Of a stretch of DNA of 64,000 bases, positions 11,158-22,839 are shown piece by piece. The stretch covers positions 17,890-81,889 of the forward strand of contig SXXW01000019.1 in NCBI GenBank assembly GCA_005791165.1, written 5' to 3'. Made by a program: the position numbers and the translations under genes. How positions within the stretch are numbered: position 1 is the first letter of the stretch; every line of letters begins with the position of its first letter. The notes under the pieces were generated by a model that was given only the letters and a program-made list of their open reading frames with translations, was not told the DNA's origin and did no database searches. Source of the DNA: Cytophagaceae bacterium. Lineage in GTDB: Bacteria > Bacteroidota > Bacteroidia > Cytophagales > Spirosomataceae.

Positions 11158-11541
11158 ATGAAAGCCGTATTCATCTCTTTTTTTATTATGTTCTTTTTGG
11201 TTTCTTGTACTCACAAACCGGATTTAAATGGCCTAAATGTGGCATTATTTAAAAAGGATCGTGGCGGGTGTAATGGCGACCGAGTGCAACAAATAGCTTG
11301 GTTAAAGACTAATAAAATGACTTGGAAAGGGGTCAGCTCTAATGATGTGGAAGATATTTTGGGTAAACCAGACATCCAACAATTGGCTGATCGAAATCAA
11401 GAATATTATATTTATTATTTAGAAAGCGGAGAGCATTGCGCTAATATCACCAAACCATCTCAAGCAAAAACCATGGCTTTTCGTTTTTCAGCCATTGGCT
11501 TAGCGACTGAAATTACCTTTCAAAATGGCTTGCCGGATTGA
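11158..11541 (+). CDS. Small lipoprotein, SmpA/BamE-like
   Basis: Lipobox LVSC and a DVEDILGKPD motif. -7 box TACTTTTG at 11133-11140. Confidence 0.6.
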   Translation: MKAVFISFFIMFFLVSCTHKPDLNGLNVALFKKDRGGCNGDRVQQIAWLKTNKMTWKGVSSNDVEDILGKPDIQQLADRNQEYYIYYLESGEHCANITKPSQAKTMAFRFSAIGLATEITFQNGLPD

Positions 11542-11547
11542 TTGAAT

Positions 11548-11886
11548 TTATTTCGTGAATAGGCCAACAAGGCTATTCGTGATTCCAAGGATAAAACTGA
11601 AAATTAGCGGAGCAATAAATCCTGTCACATGAAATCCTGTGATGAAATGTGCAACTAAATACACAAGTCCCACATTGATGACTAAGGAGAACAAACCTAA
11701 GGTGATAAAAGTGATCGGGAAACTGATTAATTTAAGAACCGGTTTGACAAATGAATTTAAAAATCCCATCGCCAAGGCCACCCAAAGCGCTACCGTAAAT
11801 CCATCCACCGTGATTCCCTTAAGATATCTTGGGATGACCATGACCACGATGGCGATTACGATGTAGCGTATAACGAATCCGATCAT
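11548..11886 (-). CDS. 4-TM membrane protein, YvlD/phage holin 4_2 family
   Basis: LNSFVKPVLKLISFPITFITLGLFSLVIN signature. Confidence 0.85.
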   Translation of the reverse strand: MIGFVIRYIVIAIVVMVIPRYLKGITVDGFTVALWVALAMGFLNSFVKPVLKLISFPITFITLGLFSLVINVGLVYLVAHFITGFHVTGFIAPLIFSFILGITNSLVGLFTK

Positions 11887-11887
11887 A

Positions 11888-12484
11888 TTATTTTTGATGT
11901 CTTTCTTGTAGCAATTTAATGACTTCTTCCAAACCGATTCCTCGGTCTTCTAACAAAACTAATAGGTGAAAGACTAGATCAGCGGCCTCTCCTTTGAACA
12001 AATCATCATTCTTCATTAAGGCCTCTATCACTAATTCAACGGCCTCTTCACCCACTTTTTGGGCAATTTTATGTGTTCCTTTTTGGAACAAGGACGCAGT
12101 ATATGATTTCTCAGCAGTCTCATTTTTTCTAGATCGAATGACATGCTTTAGGTAATCTAACCATGCCGCATTATCTTGATTGGGTTCGTTGAAACATGTA
12201 TCCGCTCCCGTGTGACAGGTCGGCCCCTCCGGATTCGCCTGAATCAAAATGGTGTCTTGATCACAATCTACTAGGAGATTGACAACCTCTAAATAATTTT
12301 CCGAGGTTTCCCCCTTAGTCCACAAACGATTTTTTGATCGGGAAAAAAAAGTCACCCTTTTTTCTGCAATCGTTTTAAGATAAGCCTCTTCATTCATGTA
12401 GCCTAACATCAACACTTTTTGTGTTTTGACATCTTGAATGATGGCTGGAATTAGGCCCTTAGAAAAATCAGGTTGTTGGTTCAT
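11888..12484 (-). CDS. hisIE: Bifunctional phosphoribosyl-AMP cyclohydrolase / phosphoribosyl-ATP pyrophosphatase
   Basis: LWTKGETS, DCDQD, GPTCHTG, KVGEEAVE, EAADL. Confidence 0.96.
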   Translation of the reverse strand: MNQQPDFSKGLIPAIIQDVKTQKVLMLGYMNEEAYLKTIAEKRVTFFSRSKNRLWTKGETSENYLEVVNLLVDCDQDTILIQANPEGPTCHTGADTCFNEPNQDNAAWLDYLKHVIRSRKNETAEKSYTASLFQKGTHKIAQKVGEEAVELVIEALMKNDDLFKGEAADLVFHLLVLLEDRGIGLEEVIKLLQERHQK

Positions 12485-12507
12485 AACGTAAATAATCTGT
12501 GAATTTA

Positions 12508-13263
12508 TTAAATCCGCATGGGAATTCCTTTTTTGGCCAAATAATTCTTTAAGGCATTAATTTCAATCACTTTAAAGTGAAATATGCTAGCAGCTAATCC
12601 TGCATCTGCTTTTCCCAAGGTAAATACGTCGTAAAAATCTTCCATCGTTCCCGCGCCACCCGAAGCGATGATGGGAATGGATGCGTTTGAAGATATTTCA
12701 GCCGTTAATTGATTGGCAAATCCCGCTTTCGTCCCATCCGTATCCATGGAGGTTAATAGAATTTCCCCCGCACCTCTTTGCTCAACCTCCTTCGCCCATT
12801 CGATGGTTTTAAGAGATGTTATATTTCTTCCTCCGTGCGTGTGGACCCAATCGATGTCCTCCACAAACCGAGTATCTATCGCCACAATAATGCATTGAGA
12901 GCCAAATTGCAAAGCTAATTCGTCAATTAATCCCGGTCGGCGAACCGCAGAGGAATTTATCGAAACTTTATCCGCTCCCGCATTTAGTAAGGCTGAAACG
13001 TCCTCAATGGAACCGATTCCTCCGCCCACAGTAAACGGAATGTTTACTTGTCGGGCTACCTGCTTAACTAATTCTACCAGTGTTTTTCGATTGTCAATCG
13101 TCGCCGTGATATCTAAAAAAACCAATTCGTCCGCCCCATTTTCCGCATAAAATGCACCTAGTTCAACGGGATCCCCAGCGTCACGCAAGTCGACAAAATT
13201 AGTCCCCTTCACGGTTCTACCTTCTTTAATATCAAGACAAGGGATAATTCTCTTTGTTAACAT
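12508..13263 (-). CDS. hisF: Imidazole glycerol phosphate synthase cyclase subunit
   Basis: [36 protein letters not shown]. Confidence 0.97.
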   Translation of the reverse strand: MLTKRIIPCLDIKEGRTVKGTNFVDLRDAGDPVELGAFYAENGADELVFLDITATIDNRKTLVELVKQVARQVNIPFTVGGGIGSIEDVSALLNAGADKVSINSSAVRRPGLIDELALQFGSQCIIVAIDTRFVEDIDWVHTHGGRNITSLKTIEWAKEVEQRGAGEILLTSMDTDGTKAGFANQLTAEISSNASIPIIASGGAGTMEDFYDVFTLGKADAGLAASIFHFKVIEINALKNYLAKKGIPMRI

Positions 13264-13991
13264 AACGTGTTATTTGAAAATGAAGCTAATTCATCTAAGG
13301 TGATTCTGCCTTCATAAAAAGCCTTTCCCACAATGACACCAAAAAGATTCATTTCTTTTAATTGATTCAAATCGTCCATGCTCGCAACCCCACCACTAGC
13401 GATGATGTGTAAACTAGGATTCTGAGTTTGTATTTTTTCATATAATTCAAAGCTGGGGCCTTGCAATAATCCATCTTTGGCTACATCTGTGGAAATAATG
13501 TAACGAGCTCCGGCCTTTTCATAATCGGCCAAGAAGTCAAATATGGAAATATTTGAATTTTCTTGCCAACCTGAAACAGCAATCTGCTCATGATGGGCAT
13601 CTGCGCCTACAATGATTTTGTCGGCTCCATATTTTTGGAACCAGCCTACCACTAATGCTGGATTTTTAACCGCAATACTTCCCGCCGTTATTTGAGATGC
13701 TCCCGCCGAAAAGGCTAAGTCTATCATTTCGTCGGATTGAACGCCACCACCAAAATCGATATGTAAAGAAGTCCCTTGGGCGATTCGCTCGAGAACATGG
13801 ATATTAACTATTTTTTTTGCTTTCGCTCCATCTAAATCCACTAAGTGCAAGCGTTTAATTCCCGCGCCCTCAAATGCCTTGGCTACTTCTAAAGGATCCG
13901 ATGAGTACACTTTTTTTTGCGCATAATCACCCTGCGTTAAACGAACGCATTGGCCTTCAATTAAATCTATGGCTGGAATGATTTGGAACAT
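13257..13991 (-). CDS. hisA: ProFAR isomerase
   Basis: [35 protein letters not shown]. Confidence 0.96.
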   Translation of the reverse strand: MFQIIPAIDLIEGQCVRLTQGDYAQKKVYSSDPLEVAKAFEGAGIKRLHLVDLDGAKAKKIVNIHVLERIAQGTSLHIDFGGGVQSDEMIDLAFSAGASQITAGSIAVKNPALVVGWFQKYGADKIIVGADAHHEQIAVSGWQENSNISIFDFLADYEKAGARYIISTDVAKDGLLQGPSFELYEKIQTQNPSLHIIASGGVASMDDLNQLKEMNLFGVIVGKAFYEGRITLDELASFSNNTLC

Positions 13992-13997
13992 ATTGGA

Positions 13998-14585
13998 TTA
14001 TAAATCTAAAAAGTTTTGTATGATTTTTTGGCCCACTTTTCCACTGATTTCAGCATGAAATTGTGCCGCAAAAAAATTATCCTTTTGCAACATGGCTGAA
14101 AAAGGCTGTACATAATTACAGGTAGCCGAAGTATCTTGATAAACAGGCGCGTAAAATGAGTGAACGAAATACACGAATTCTGTTTCGTTCAATCCTTTCA
14201 TGAGGTCGTTTGTACCACGGGCTTGGATGGAATTCCAGCCTACGTGAGGAATTTTTAACGTGTTGGATTGAAAACGAGTAATGTTTACGTCAAAAACGCC
14301 CATGCAATCTGTGTCATTTTCCTCCGAATGTTTGCATAATAATTGCATTCCAATGCAGGTCGCTAATACTGGTTGCTTAAGCGTAGGAATTAATTGATCT
14401 AATTTCTTCTCCTTTAAATAGGCCATCGCCGTACTTGCTTCACCCACTCCTGGAAAGATCACTTTATCAGCGGCTTGGATTACTTTTTCATCATCAGTCC
14501 ATGTATATTTTGCCCCGATTCTATCTAAAGCATACATGACCGAAGCCACATTACCCGCATTATATTTAATAATAGCAATGTTCAT
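13998..14585 (-). CDS. hisH: Imidazole glycerol phosphate synthase glutaminase subunit
   Basis: YNAGN, FPGVG, CIGMQLL, PHVGWN, YFVHSF, QFHAE. Confidence 0.96.
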   Translation of the reverse strand: MNIAIIKYNAGNVASVMYALDRIGAKYTWTDDEKVIQAADKVIFPGVGEASTAMAYLKEKKLDQLIPTLKQPVLATCIGMQLLCKHSEENDTDCMGVFDVNITRFQSNTLKIPHVGWNSIQARGTNDLMKGLNETEFVYFVHSFYAPVYQDTSATCNYVQPFSAMLQKDNFFAAQFHAEISGKVGQKIIQNFLDL

Positions 14586-14614
14586 TTTAAGAAATTAATG
14601 CGCAAAACGCGTTG

Positions 14615-14661
14615 CAAAGGTAGGGAAAAGGGCTTGCATTATGAAAACTGATGTATCTTTG
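14615..14661. promoter_or_regulatory. Divergent Bacteroidota -7 boxes (hisH operon on minus, VTT gene on plus)
   Basis: TACCTTTG on minus at 14622-14615 and TATCTTTG on plus at 14654-14661. Confidence 0.6.
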
Positions 14662-14679
14662 TTGGCCCAACCCAAGCCC

Positions 14680-15348
14680 ATGCCATTTAGTCGCAAAATG
14701 ATTATTGAATTTTTATACCTTGTTTGGATGGGGGCATTGCCTTTAGTTTCAAGCAGTGTCTTGGGTTATTATGCCATTTCTAATCCTAATTTTTTTCAAT
14801 CTTTACAGGGCGTTGAACTTTTTGTTTTTTGGTGTTTAGCCATTTTTATCATGGGTCTCGCTTTTAGCCCAACGACTTTTTTTGCTTTGTTTACTGGCTA
14901 CATCTGGGGGTTAAATGGCATAATGCCTTTAATCATCGCTTATTCGCTGGCTTCATTGCTTGGTTTTTTTGTCGCTAAATTATTTAAGGGGGAGGCTATT
15001 TTGACTTTCATTAAATCAAAATTTAAAACAGCTTCATTTTTAGACCATGTTCAGTCAAATTCATTTTCTTGGGTATTTTTAGCCCGACTATCCCCCGTAT
15101 TTCCCTTTGCCATCACGAACGCCATTATGGCATTTTTAGGAGTAAGTGCTCAGAAATTTTTTATTGCAGGGACATTGGGGATGTTACCTAGAACTTTGTT
15201 GGCCGTTTGGACGGGTATGCAGGCAAAATCCATCGAATATTTATGGAATAATCCGCAAAGCGCTGATTGGCAAGACTTTGTTAGCCTCGCCCTGTTAGTT
15301 TTATCGGGAGCCGGCATGTTTTATTTAGCAAAAAAACATGCTCATTAA
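14680..15348 (+). CDS. TVP38/TMEM64 (VTT/DedA-like) membrane protein
   Basis: ARLSPVFPFAITN and GTLGMLPRT motifs. Start moved from 14641 to 14680 because a -7 box lies at 14654. Confidence 0.8.
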   Translation: MPFSRKMIIEFLYLVWMGALPLVSSSVLGYYAISNPNFFQSLQGVELFVFWCLAIFIMGLAFSPTTFFALFTGYIWGLNGIMPLIIAYSLASLLGFFVAKLFKGEAILTFIKSKFKTASFLDHVQSNSFSWVFLARLSPVFPFAITNAIMAFLGVSAQKFFIAGTLGMLPRTLLAVWTGMQAKSIEYLWNNPQSADWQDFVSLALLVLSGAGMFYLAKKHAH

Positions 15349-15375
15349 ATTTCGTTGAAAATTTAATGAGCATGT
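15336..15375. terminator. Hairpin between convergent genes (probable bidirectional terminator)
   Basis: Inverted repeat ACATGCTCATTAAATTT / AAATTTAATGAGCATGT. Confidence 0.7.
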
Positions 15376-15397
15376 AAGTAAATAATAAAAATAGCTT

Positions 15398-15790
15398 TTA
15401 GATCATTTGGGAGTCAATGACTTGAACTTTTCCCCACAAATGCTTGTTGTCATCTATGAATTTTTTATGCAAAGGATGATATAGATATTCCTTTTCTTTT
15501 TCAGCGTTATCAAAGATTAACACCACAGAAAAGGTATAACTTGCTTCTGTAACGGGTTTGTCAAAGTCTGTAACGATAGGCTTTCCCACATGAGCGGATT
15601 GAATCATAGGTAATTTGCCTAAGGATTTTAAGGCCTTGAATAATTGATCTTTTTCAGATTGGTTTTCAGGGTTTTTGGCCCAAAAAAGTACGTGATGTAT
15701 AAAAGTCATAGAGGCAGGAGCGATTAAGCTATTTGACAATCCCGCAGCCATAAGCCCAGATTGTTGAATAAATGTACGTCGGTCAGTCAT
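15398..15790 (-). CDS. Dabb (stress-responsive A/B barrel) protein with twin-arginine-like leader
   Basis: TDRRTFIQ leader, FIHHVLFW, YLYHPLHKKF, WGKVQVIDS. Confidence 0.8.
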   Translation of the reverse strand: MTDRRTFIQQSGLMAAGLSNSLIAPASMTFIHHVLFWAKNPENQSEKDQLFKALKSLGKLPMIQSAHVGKPIVTDFDKPVTEASYTFSVVLIFDNAEKEKEYLYHPLHKKFIDDNKHLWGKVQVIDSQMI

Positions 15791-15831
15791 TTTTTGGAAG
15801 TTTTTTTAATTAAAATATATTCAATTCTACT

Positions 15832-16518
15832 ATGGAAAAAGTTAAAATCAAAATTATAATTACGGGTGCCACTGGGATGGTGGGCGAAGGAGTCTTGCAT
15901 GAAGCGCTTAACTCACCATTCATCGAGGAGGTTTTAGTGATCGGACGTAAGCCTACGGGTTATATTCATCCAAAATTGAAAGAATTCCAATTGCTTGATT
16001 TTTATAAACCAGAGAGTTTGAGTGAAATAGTTCATACATACAATGCGTGTTTATTTTGCCTAGGTGTTTCTTCCATTGGCATGAAAGAAGATGAATTTAC
16101 GTTGAAAACACATACATTGACGATTGGCTTTGCCACCGTTTTGGCAAAATCGAATCCCAACATGACCTTCTCTTATATATCAGGTTCTGCAACGGACTCC
16201 ACAGAAAAAGGATCTGTCATGTGGGCGCGTGTAAAGGGAAAAACGGAAAATGACTTGGCTAAATTAGGCTTTAAAAATACGTATGCATTTAGACCGGGGT
16301 ATCTGCAACCGACTGCTGGGATGAAAAATACACTGTCCTATTATAAATACATTGATTGGATTTACCCATTTTTCAAAGTAGTCATACCCAACCACACATC
16401 TAGGTTATCGGAATTAGGGAAGGCAATGATTGAGTGTGCGGTTTTTGGGTATCATAAAAATATTGTTGAGGTGAAAGATATTTTGTCATTGTCTAAACAA
16501 ATGACCAAACGTCAATAG
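15832..16518 (+). CDS. NAD(P)-binding atypical SDR / epimerase-family protein
   Basis: ITGATGMVG, CLFCLGVSS, WARVKGKTEN, FRPG. Confidence 0.8.
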   Translation: MEKVKIKIIITGATGMVGEGVLHEALNSPFIEEVLVIGRKPTGYIHPKLKEFQLLDFYKPESLSEIVHTYNACLFCLGVSSIGMKEDEFTLKTHTLTIGFATVLAKSNPNMTFSYISGSATDSTEKGSVMWARVKGKTENDLAKLGFKNTYAFRPGYLQPTAGMKNTLSYYKYIDWIYPFFKVVIPNHTSRLSELGKAMIECAVFGYHKNIVEVKDILSLSKQMTKRQ

Positions 16519-16568
16519 ACATTTATCTGTATTTTGGTTAATTTTATAAAATTGTAAGCAAAATTTCT

Positions 16569-18089
16569 GTGAATAAAAAAGTAGTATTAATGATTTTAGA
16601 TGGTTGGGGCATAGCGACCAACCCAAAAGTGTCTGCTATTGACGCGGCCAAAACACCTTTTATCGACTCGTTGTATCAAAAGTATCCGCATGCAAAATTA
16701 GAAGCATCGGGTTTGGCTGTGGGTTTGCCTGAAGGCCAAATGGGAAATTCGGAAGTGGGCCATATGAATTTAGGCGCTGGCCGAGTCGTATATCAAAATT
16801 TAGTCAGAATCAATAAAGCAGTAGAAGAAAATACCTTAGGCCAGGAAGTAGAACTAGCCAAGGCCTTTGATTATGCATCCAAAAATAACAAATCAGTTCA
16901 TTTTATTGGTCTAGTATCTGATGGTGGCGTTCACGCCCACATCGAGCATTTGAAATCGTTGTTGACCACCGCTTCTGAGGCGGGGTTAAAAAAGGTATTT
17001 GTTCACGCATTTACAGATGGTCGCGATACGGATCCTAAATCGGGCTTGAATTTTTTGACCGATTTATACCAACATACCCTAAAAACCAATACGCAAATTG
17101 CAACCGTTACAGGTCGTTATTTTGCGATGGACCGCGATAATCGCTGGGAACGAGTAGCCCTAGCCTATAACGCGATGGTTCACGGAACAGGTGATGCGAG
17201 CCAAGATGTTTTAGCCTCTATATCAAAAAGTTATGCGGATGGTGTGACGGATGAGTTTATCAAACCCATCATTATGACAAATGCGGATGGCTCACCAAAA
17301 GGAAATATTGAATCAGGTGACGTGGTCATTTGTTTCAATTTTAGAACCGATCGCGGTAGAGAAATCACGCAGGCGTTAACCCAAAAAGAATTTCCTGAAC
17401 AGGGAATGAAACCTTTGGATTTATATTATTTGACGATGACTGAATATGACAAAGAATTCAAAGGAGTTCATGTGATATTTAATGATTCTAATTTGCCGAT
17501 GACGATGGGGGAGGTTTTAGAGGGGGCCGGTAAAAAACAAATTCGCATCGCTGAAACTGAAAAATATCCTCATGTAACTTTTTTCTTTTCAGGAGGAAGG
17601 GAAAATCCATTTATTGGACAAACTAATTTGATGCGTAATTCTCCTAAAGTGGCTACTTATGATTTACAACCGGAAATGTCGGCGGCTGAATTAAGGGACG
17701 CTTTAGTACCTGAATTAGAAAAAGAGGAAGTTGATTTTGTTTGTTTAAATTTTGCAAACCCTGATATGGTTGGCCACACAGGCGTTTTTCAAGCAGTGGT
17801 AAAGGCAGTGGAAACCGTTGATTCCTGTGCGGAATCCGTAGTAAATGTGGGCTTAAAGCACGGATATTCATTTATTATTATTGCTGACCATGGAAATGCG
17901 GACGTCATGATTAATGAAGATGGGTCACCTAATACGGCTCATACGACCAATTTAGTGCCTTGTATATTAGTGGATAAAGATTTTCACCCTGAGTTAGCGG
18001 ATGGTAAATTAGGTGATGTATCGCCAACGATCTTAAAATTAATGGGCGTGGATCAACCCAAGGAAATGACAGGGGTGGCCTTGTTTTAA
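16569..18089 (+). CDS. gpmI: 2,3-bisphosphoglycerate-independent phosphoglycerate mutase
   Basis: ILDGWG, GQMGNSEVGH, DGRDT, AETEKYPHVTFF, NPDMVGH, ADHGNA. GTG start. Confidence 0.97.
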   Translation: MNKKVVLMILDGWGIATNPKVSAIDAAKTPFIDSLYQKYPHAKLEASGLAVGLPEGQMGNSEVGHMNLGAGRVVYQNLVRINKAVEENTLGQEVELAKAFDYASKNNKSVHFIGLVSDGGVHAHIEHLKSLLTTASEAGLKKVFVHAFTDGRDTDPKSGLNFLTDLYQHTLKTNTQIATVTGRYFAMDRDNRWERVALAYNAMVHGTGDASQDVLASISKSYADGVTDEFIKPIIMTNADGSPKGNIESGDVVICFNFRTDRGREITQALTQKEFPEQGMKPLDLYYLTMTEYDKEFKGVHVIFNDSNLPMTMGEVLEGAGKKQIRIAETEKYPHVTFFFSGGRENPFIGQTNLMRNSPKVATYDLQPEMSAAELRDALVPELEKEEVDFVCLNFANPDMVGHTGVFQAVVKAVETVDSCAESVVNVGLKHGYSFIIIADHGNADVMINEDGSPNTAHTTNLVPCILVDKDFHPELADGKLGDVSPTILKLMGVDQPKEMTGVALF

Positions 18090-18100
18090 ATAGCTTTATT

Positions 18101-18754
18101 ATGTCTAAAATTGTCATATTTGGGAATACCCTAACCGCTGAGCTGGCACTCTATTATTTACAAAATGATAGTGAGCATGAGGTGGTTGCTTTTACGGTAG
18201 AGGAAGAGTTCATTGAGGAAGATCAGTTTCACGGCTTGCCTTTAGTCCCTTTTGAAACGGTTGAACAATTGTATCCTCCTGCTGAGTTTAAATTCTTTGC
18301 GCCATTAACGGAGAAAAACATGAACCAAGTTCGGGCAAGAGTATACGAACAAGGTTTAGAAAAAGGCTATTCGTATATTTCTTATATTAGCTCTCATGCT
18401 ACGGTTTTGACGGATAAGATTGGCGAGAATTGTTTTATTTTAGAAGACAATACGATACAGCCTTATGTGACGATAGGCAATAATTGTGTTTTGTGGTCAG
18501 GGAATCACATAGGTCATCACGGCACAATCGGGAATCACGTATTTTTTACCTCACATGTAGTGCTTTCAGGTCGCTGTGAAGTGGGAGATTATTGTTTCTT
18601 TGGCGTCAATGCGACCATTCGTGACAAGTCAGTTTTGGGAGAAGGAACGTTAGTGGCCATGGGAGCGAATTTAACTCGTCAAAAAACGGAACCCTGGAGT
18701 ATTTGGAAAGGAAATCCAGCGGAAAAATCAAGTTTATCTAGTAAAGACATTTAA
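18101..18754 (+). CDS. Hexapeptide-repeat sugar O-acyltransferase (NeuD/PglD-like)
   Basis: N-terminal Rossmann-like segment plus left-handed beta-helix repeats; GNHIGHH, GNPA. Confidence 0.8.
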   Translation: MSKIVIFGNTLTAELALYYLQNDSEHEVVAFTVEEEFIEEDQFHGLPLVPFETVEQLYPPAEFKFFAPLTEKNMNQVRARVYEQGLEKGYSYISYISSHATVLTDKIGENCFILEDNTIQPYVTIGNNCVLWSGNHIGHHGTIGNHVFFTSHVVLSGRCEVGDYCFFGVNATIRDKSVLGEGTLVAMGANLTRQKTEPWSIWKGNPAEKSSLSSKDI

Positions 18755-18759
18755 GATAT

Positions 18760-18792
18760 AAAAAAAGCCCTTTCGTTGGAAAGGGCTTTTTT
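18760..18792. terminator. Bidirectional intrinsic terminator
   Basis: AAAAAAAGCCCTTTC-GTTG-GAAAGGGCTTTTTT between convergent genes. Confidence 0.85.
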
Positions 18793-18813
18793 GTGATAAG
18801 TCTGAAAAAAAAA

Positions 18814-19131
18814 TTATCGTTCGATCGGTTGATTATTTTCGTCAACCACCACGAAGATATCTTCTTTCGGTTTTTTCATTAAATACTTTTCTCTTGCATA
18901 TTTTTCTAATAAAGCAGGGTTTCCGATCACCAGTCGGCGTTCTTTTTCCAACTCCTTTAATTTTTTTTGGTAATATGTCTTTTCAGATTTGATGTTACTT
19001 AATTCATCCCATAATCGGTATTGAACAGACAAATCATTTGTATCTAAAAAAAACATCCACACAAATAATACACTCGTAGAAATAGAGTAAAATCGATAAT
19101 TGCCCCAAAAAAGCTTTTTTATCAGATTCAT
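18814..19131 (-). CDS. Septum formation initiator (FtsB/DivIC family)
   Basis: One TM segment, WMFFLDTND, coiled coil, LEKYAREKYLMKKPKEDIF; directly downstream of eno. Confidence 0.85.
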   Translation of the reverse strand: MNLIKKLFWGNYRFYSISTSVLFVWMFFLDTNDLSVQYRLWDELSNIKSEKTYYQKKLKELEKERRLVIGNPALLEKYAREKYLMKKPKEDIFVVVDENNQPIER

Positions 19132-19138
19132 ATATGCA

Positions 19139-20512
<1,374 letters not shown>

Positions 20513-20549
20513 TCAATAAACATATTAAATATCTGTAAATAAACCTTTT

Positions 20550-21272
20550 ATGAAATCTAACTCGCTTTATAAACTATATCTTGTCGGCACTTTTTTGACA
20601 CTTAATTTTACGGTATTTGCCCAAAATCTTCCTGTGGAATCTTTTGAAAAGAAATTACTAGAAACTCCGAATGCTTTTTTATTAGACGTGAGGACATCCG
20701 GTGAATTTGGTGGAGGCCATTTACCAAAGGCTACAAATATTGACTTCAGATCTCCCGACTTTGCCAATAAAATCAAGGACTTACCCAAAGATAAACCCGT
20801 TTTTGTATACTGTCTTTCTGGTGGTCGGTCTGCCCAAGCTGCAGAAATTATGCGTAAAGAAGGATTTCAAGTGACCGAACTTCAAGGTGGGTATTTAAAG
20901 TGGACCACAAAATTGAAGCCTTTGGAAGGAGTTCCCAATGTGAAGCATGATGATGCTTGGGATTTAAGCGCTTTTGGAAAACTAATTCAAGGAGAAAATG
21001 CTGTGGTGGTAGATTTTTATGCGAAGTGGTGTGCACCTTGTCTTAAGATGATGCCAACGGTCGATAAATTATCGAATGACTATAAAGGCAAAGTTACGGT
21101 ATTAAAAGTGGAGGCCGATGGCAATCAAGCCGTTTTGCAAAAATATGAGATAGACGAAATCCCGAGTTTTTTGGTGTTCCAGAAAGGGAAATTGTTGCAA
21201 AAAACATCGGGATTTCGAGAAGAAGCTCAATTAAAAGAATTATTTGATCAGTCTATTGGGACCATTCGGTAG
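20550..21272 (+). CDS. Exported rhodanese-thioredoxin fusion protein
   Basis: Signal peptide (VFA-Q); rhodanese domain LLDVRT...YCLSGGRS; thioredoxin domain DFYAKWCAPC. Confidence 0.85.
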   Translation: MKSNSLYKLYLVGTFLTLNFTVFAQNLPVESFEKKLLETPNAFLLDVRTSGEFGGGHLPKATNIDFRSPDFANKIKDLPKDKPVFVYCLSGGRSAQAAEIMRKEGFQVTELQGGYLKWTTKLKPLEGVPNVKHDDAWDLSAFGKLIQGENAVVVDFYAKWCAPCLKMMPTVDKLSNDYKGKVTVLKVEADGNQAVLQKYEIDEIPSFLVFQKGKLLQKTSGFREEAQLKELFDQSIGTIR

Positions 21273-22224
21273 GTTGGCGCTCCCAGCGGTGATTTCTTAA
21301 CTCATCGATTTTAGCTTTTGCTAATCCTTGTCCATCTGAGCAAGAGATATTGCTTTGCACATGCTTAATCTTACGCATCCCAGGAATAATGGTTCCGACA
21401 TCTGGATTGGAAAGTATAAATCTCAAAGCCATTTCGGGCATGTCCATTCCTTCTGGAATAATCGGTTTCAATGCATTTGCGTGATCTACACTTGACGTTA
21501 AATTTTCGGGAACGAAATAGGTTGATCGCCAGTCATCAGCAGGAAATATAGTGTCATACGTTAGCAAGCCAGTCAAACTTCCTTCGTCGAAAGGTACCCG
21601 AGCAATTATCCCGACATCCATTTTCTTACATAATGGAAAAAGCTCATCCTCTGGATTCTGATCGAAAATATTATAGATCACTTGGACCGATGAAATTAGT
21701 CCGGTCTCAATTGTCTTTAGGCAATTATTGGGCTCCCAACGATTTACTGAAACTCCCCAGTGTGCCACTTTACCTTCTTTGGTTAGTTTTTCAATGGCCA
21801 TTTTCCATTCATCCTGATCTGACCATGCATCTTCCCAAACGTGAAACTGTTGCAAATCGATTTGGTCTACATTCAAATTTTTTAAACTCTTTTCCGTGTA
21901 TTCGATTATATGTGATGCCGGGAAGCAGTCCTTTAATTGGAATCCGGCTTTGGATGGCCAAATAAAATTCTTAGGGGGTATTTTTGATGCACCATATAAT
22001 TTTTTATTCGCATGCCTGCGTAGCAATTTACCCAATATTTGCTCGCTTTTTCCTTCTCCGTATCCCCAAGCAGTATCAAAAAAATTACACCCTAAATCCA
22101 CGGACATCTCTAATGACTTTTCTACCTCGTTTTGATCAGCACCTGACCAATCGACTAATCCCCACATGCCATAGCCTAGTTCACTTATAAGCCAATTTGT
22201 TTTACCGAATTTCCTAGTTTTCAT
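21253..22224 (-). CDS. Aldo/keto reductase
   Basis: FFDTAWGYG, SLKNL...IDLQQFH, QVIYN, IIPGMR. Confidence 0.9.
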   Translation of the reverse strand: MKTRKFGKTNWLISELGYGMWGLVDWSGADQNEVEKSLEMSVDLGCNFFDTAWGYGEGKSEQILGKLLRRHANKKLYGASKIPPKNFIWPSKAGFQLKDCFPASHIIEYTEKSLKNLNVDQIDLQQFHVWEDAWSDQDEWKMAIEKLTKEGKVAHWGVSVNRWEPNNCLKTIETGLISSVQVIYNIFDQNPEDELFPLCKKMDVGIIARVPFDEGSLTGLLTYDTIFPADDWRSTYFVPENLTSSVDHANALKPIIPEGMDMPEMALRFILSNPDVGTIIPGMRKIKHVQSNISCSDGQGLAKAKIDELRNHRWERQPTEWSQ

Positions 22225-22508
22225 TTTTTTTAATTTTAGAACTGCAATTTAAATAATGTTTTTTAAGGCTCAATAGTTAAGCAAAAAAATATAAAATCGA
22301 CTTCAGGTTAATTTATATTTGACAAGATATATGTGTTTCAACATAAATTATTTTTTTTCGTATTTACCTTTTAATCATTGATTTTTGGCTATTATTAGTT
22401 AATAACGCAAATAACACGATTCGTTTAATTCTCATGATTTTTAAAAGGTAAATTTGTTTTAGGAGTCTAAAGAAGATTAGCTTCTATATTAAGTTTAAAC
22501 ATTATTTT

Positions 22509-22823
22509 ATGATTGAATATGTTTTATTAGGTTCTGTGAAAGTACCCGTAAAAGAAATAATAGTTATTAAAGGGGAGGGAAATTATTCGAATATATTTAC
22601 CCAGGATGGTAAGCGTATTTTGACTTGTAGGACATTAAAGTATTTTGCCACTATGCTCGCTGAATACCAATTTATCCGCCCTTCAAAATCGGCATTAATT
22701 AACCCAGATTCCATCGAGCACATTGACTTTAAGTCTCAAAAGGCTATTCGATTAGTGAATGGTGATGTTATTTCCATATCTCGAAGAAATGTGCGGCCAT
22801 TGCGTGAGCAATTTAAAGATTAA
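22509..22823 (+). CDS. Stand-alone LytTR DNA-binding domain protein
   Basis: GEGNYS, RTLK, FIRPSKSALIN, ISISRR; no receiver domain. -7 box TAAATTTG at 22449. Confidence 0.85.
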   Translation: MIEYVLLGSVKVPVKEIIVIKGEGNYSNIFTQDGKRILTCRTLKYFATMLAEYQFIRPSKSALINPDSIEHIDFKSQKAIRLVNGDVISISRRNVRPLREQFKD

Positions 22824-22839
22824 ACCTAGTTCTAAATGC

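Noticed and set aside
11548-11886. Phage-holin-family gene as a sign of a prophage
   Set aside because: YvlD-type proteins are common chromosomal genes. This one is coupled to hisIE and has no phage genes nearby.
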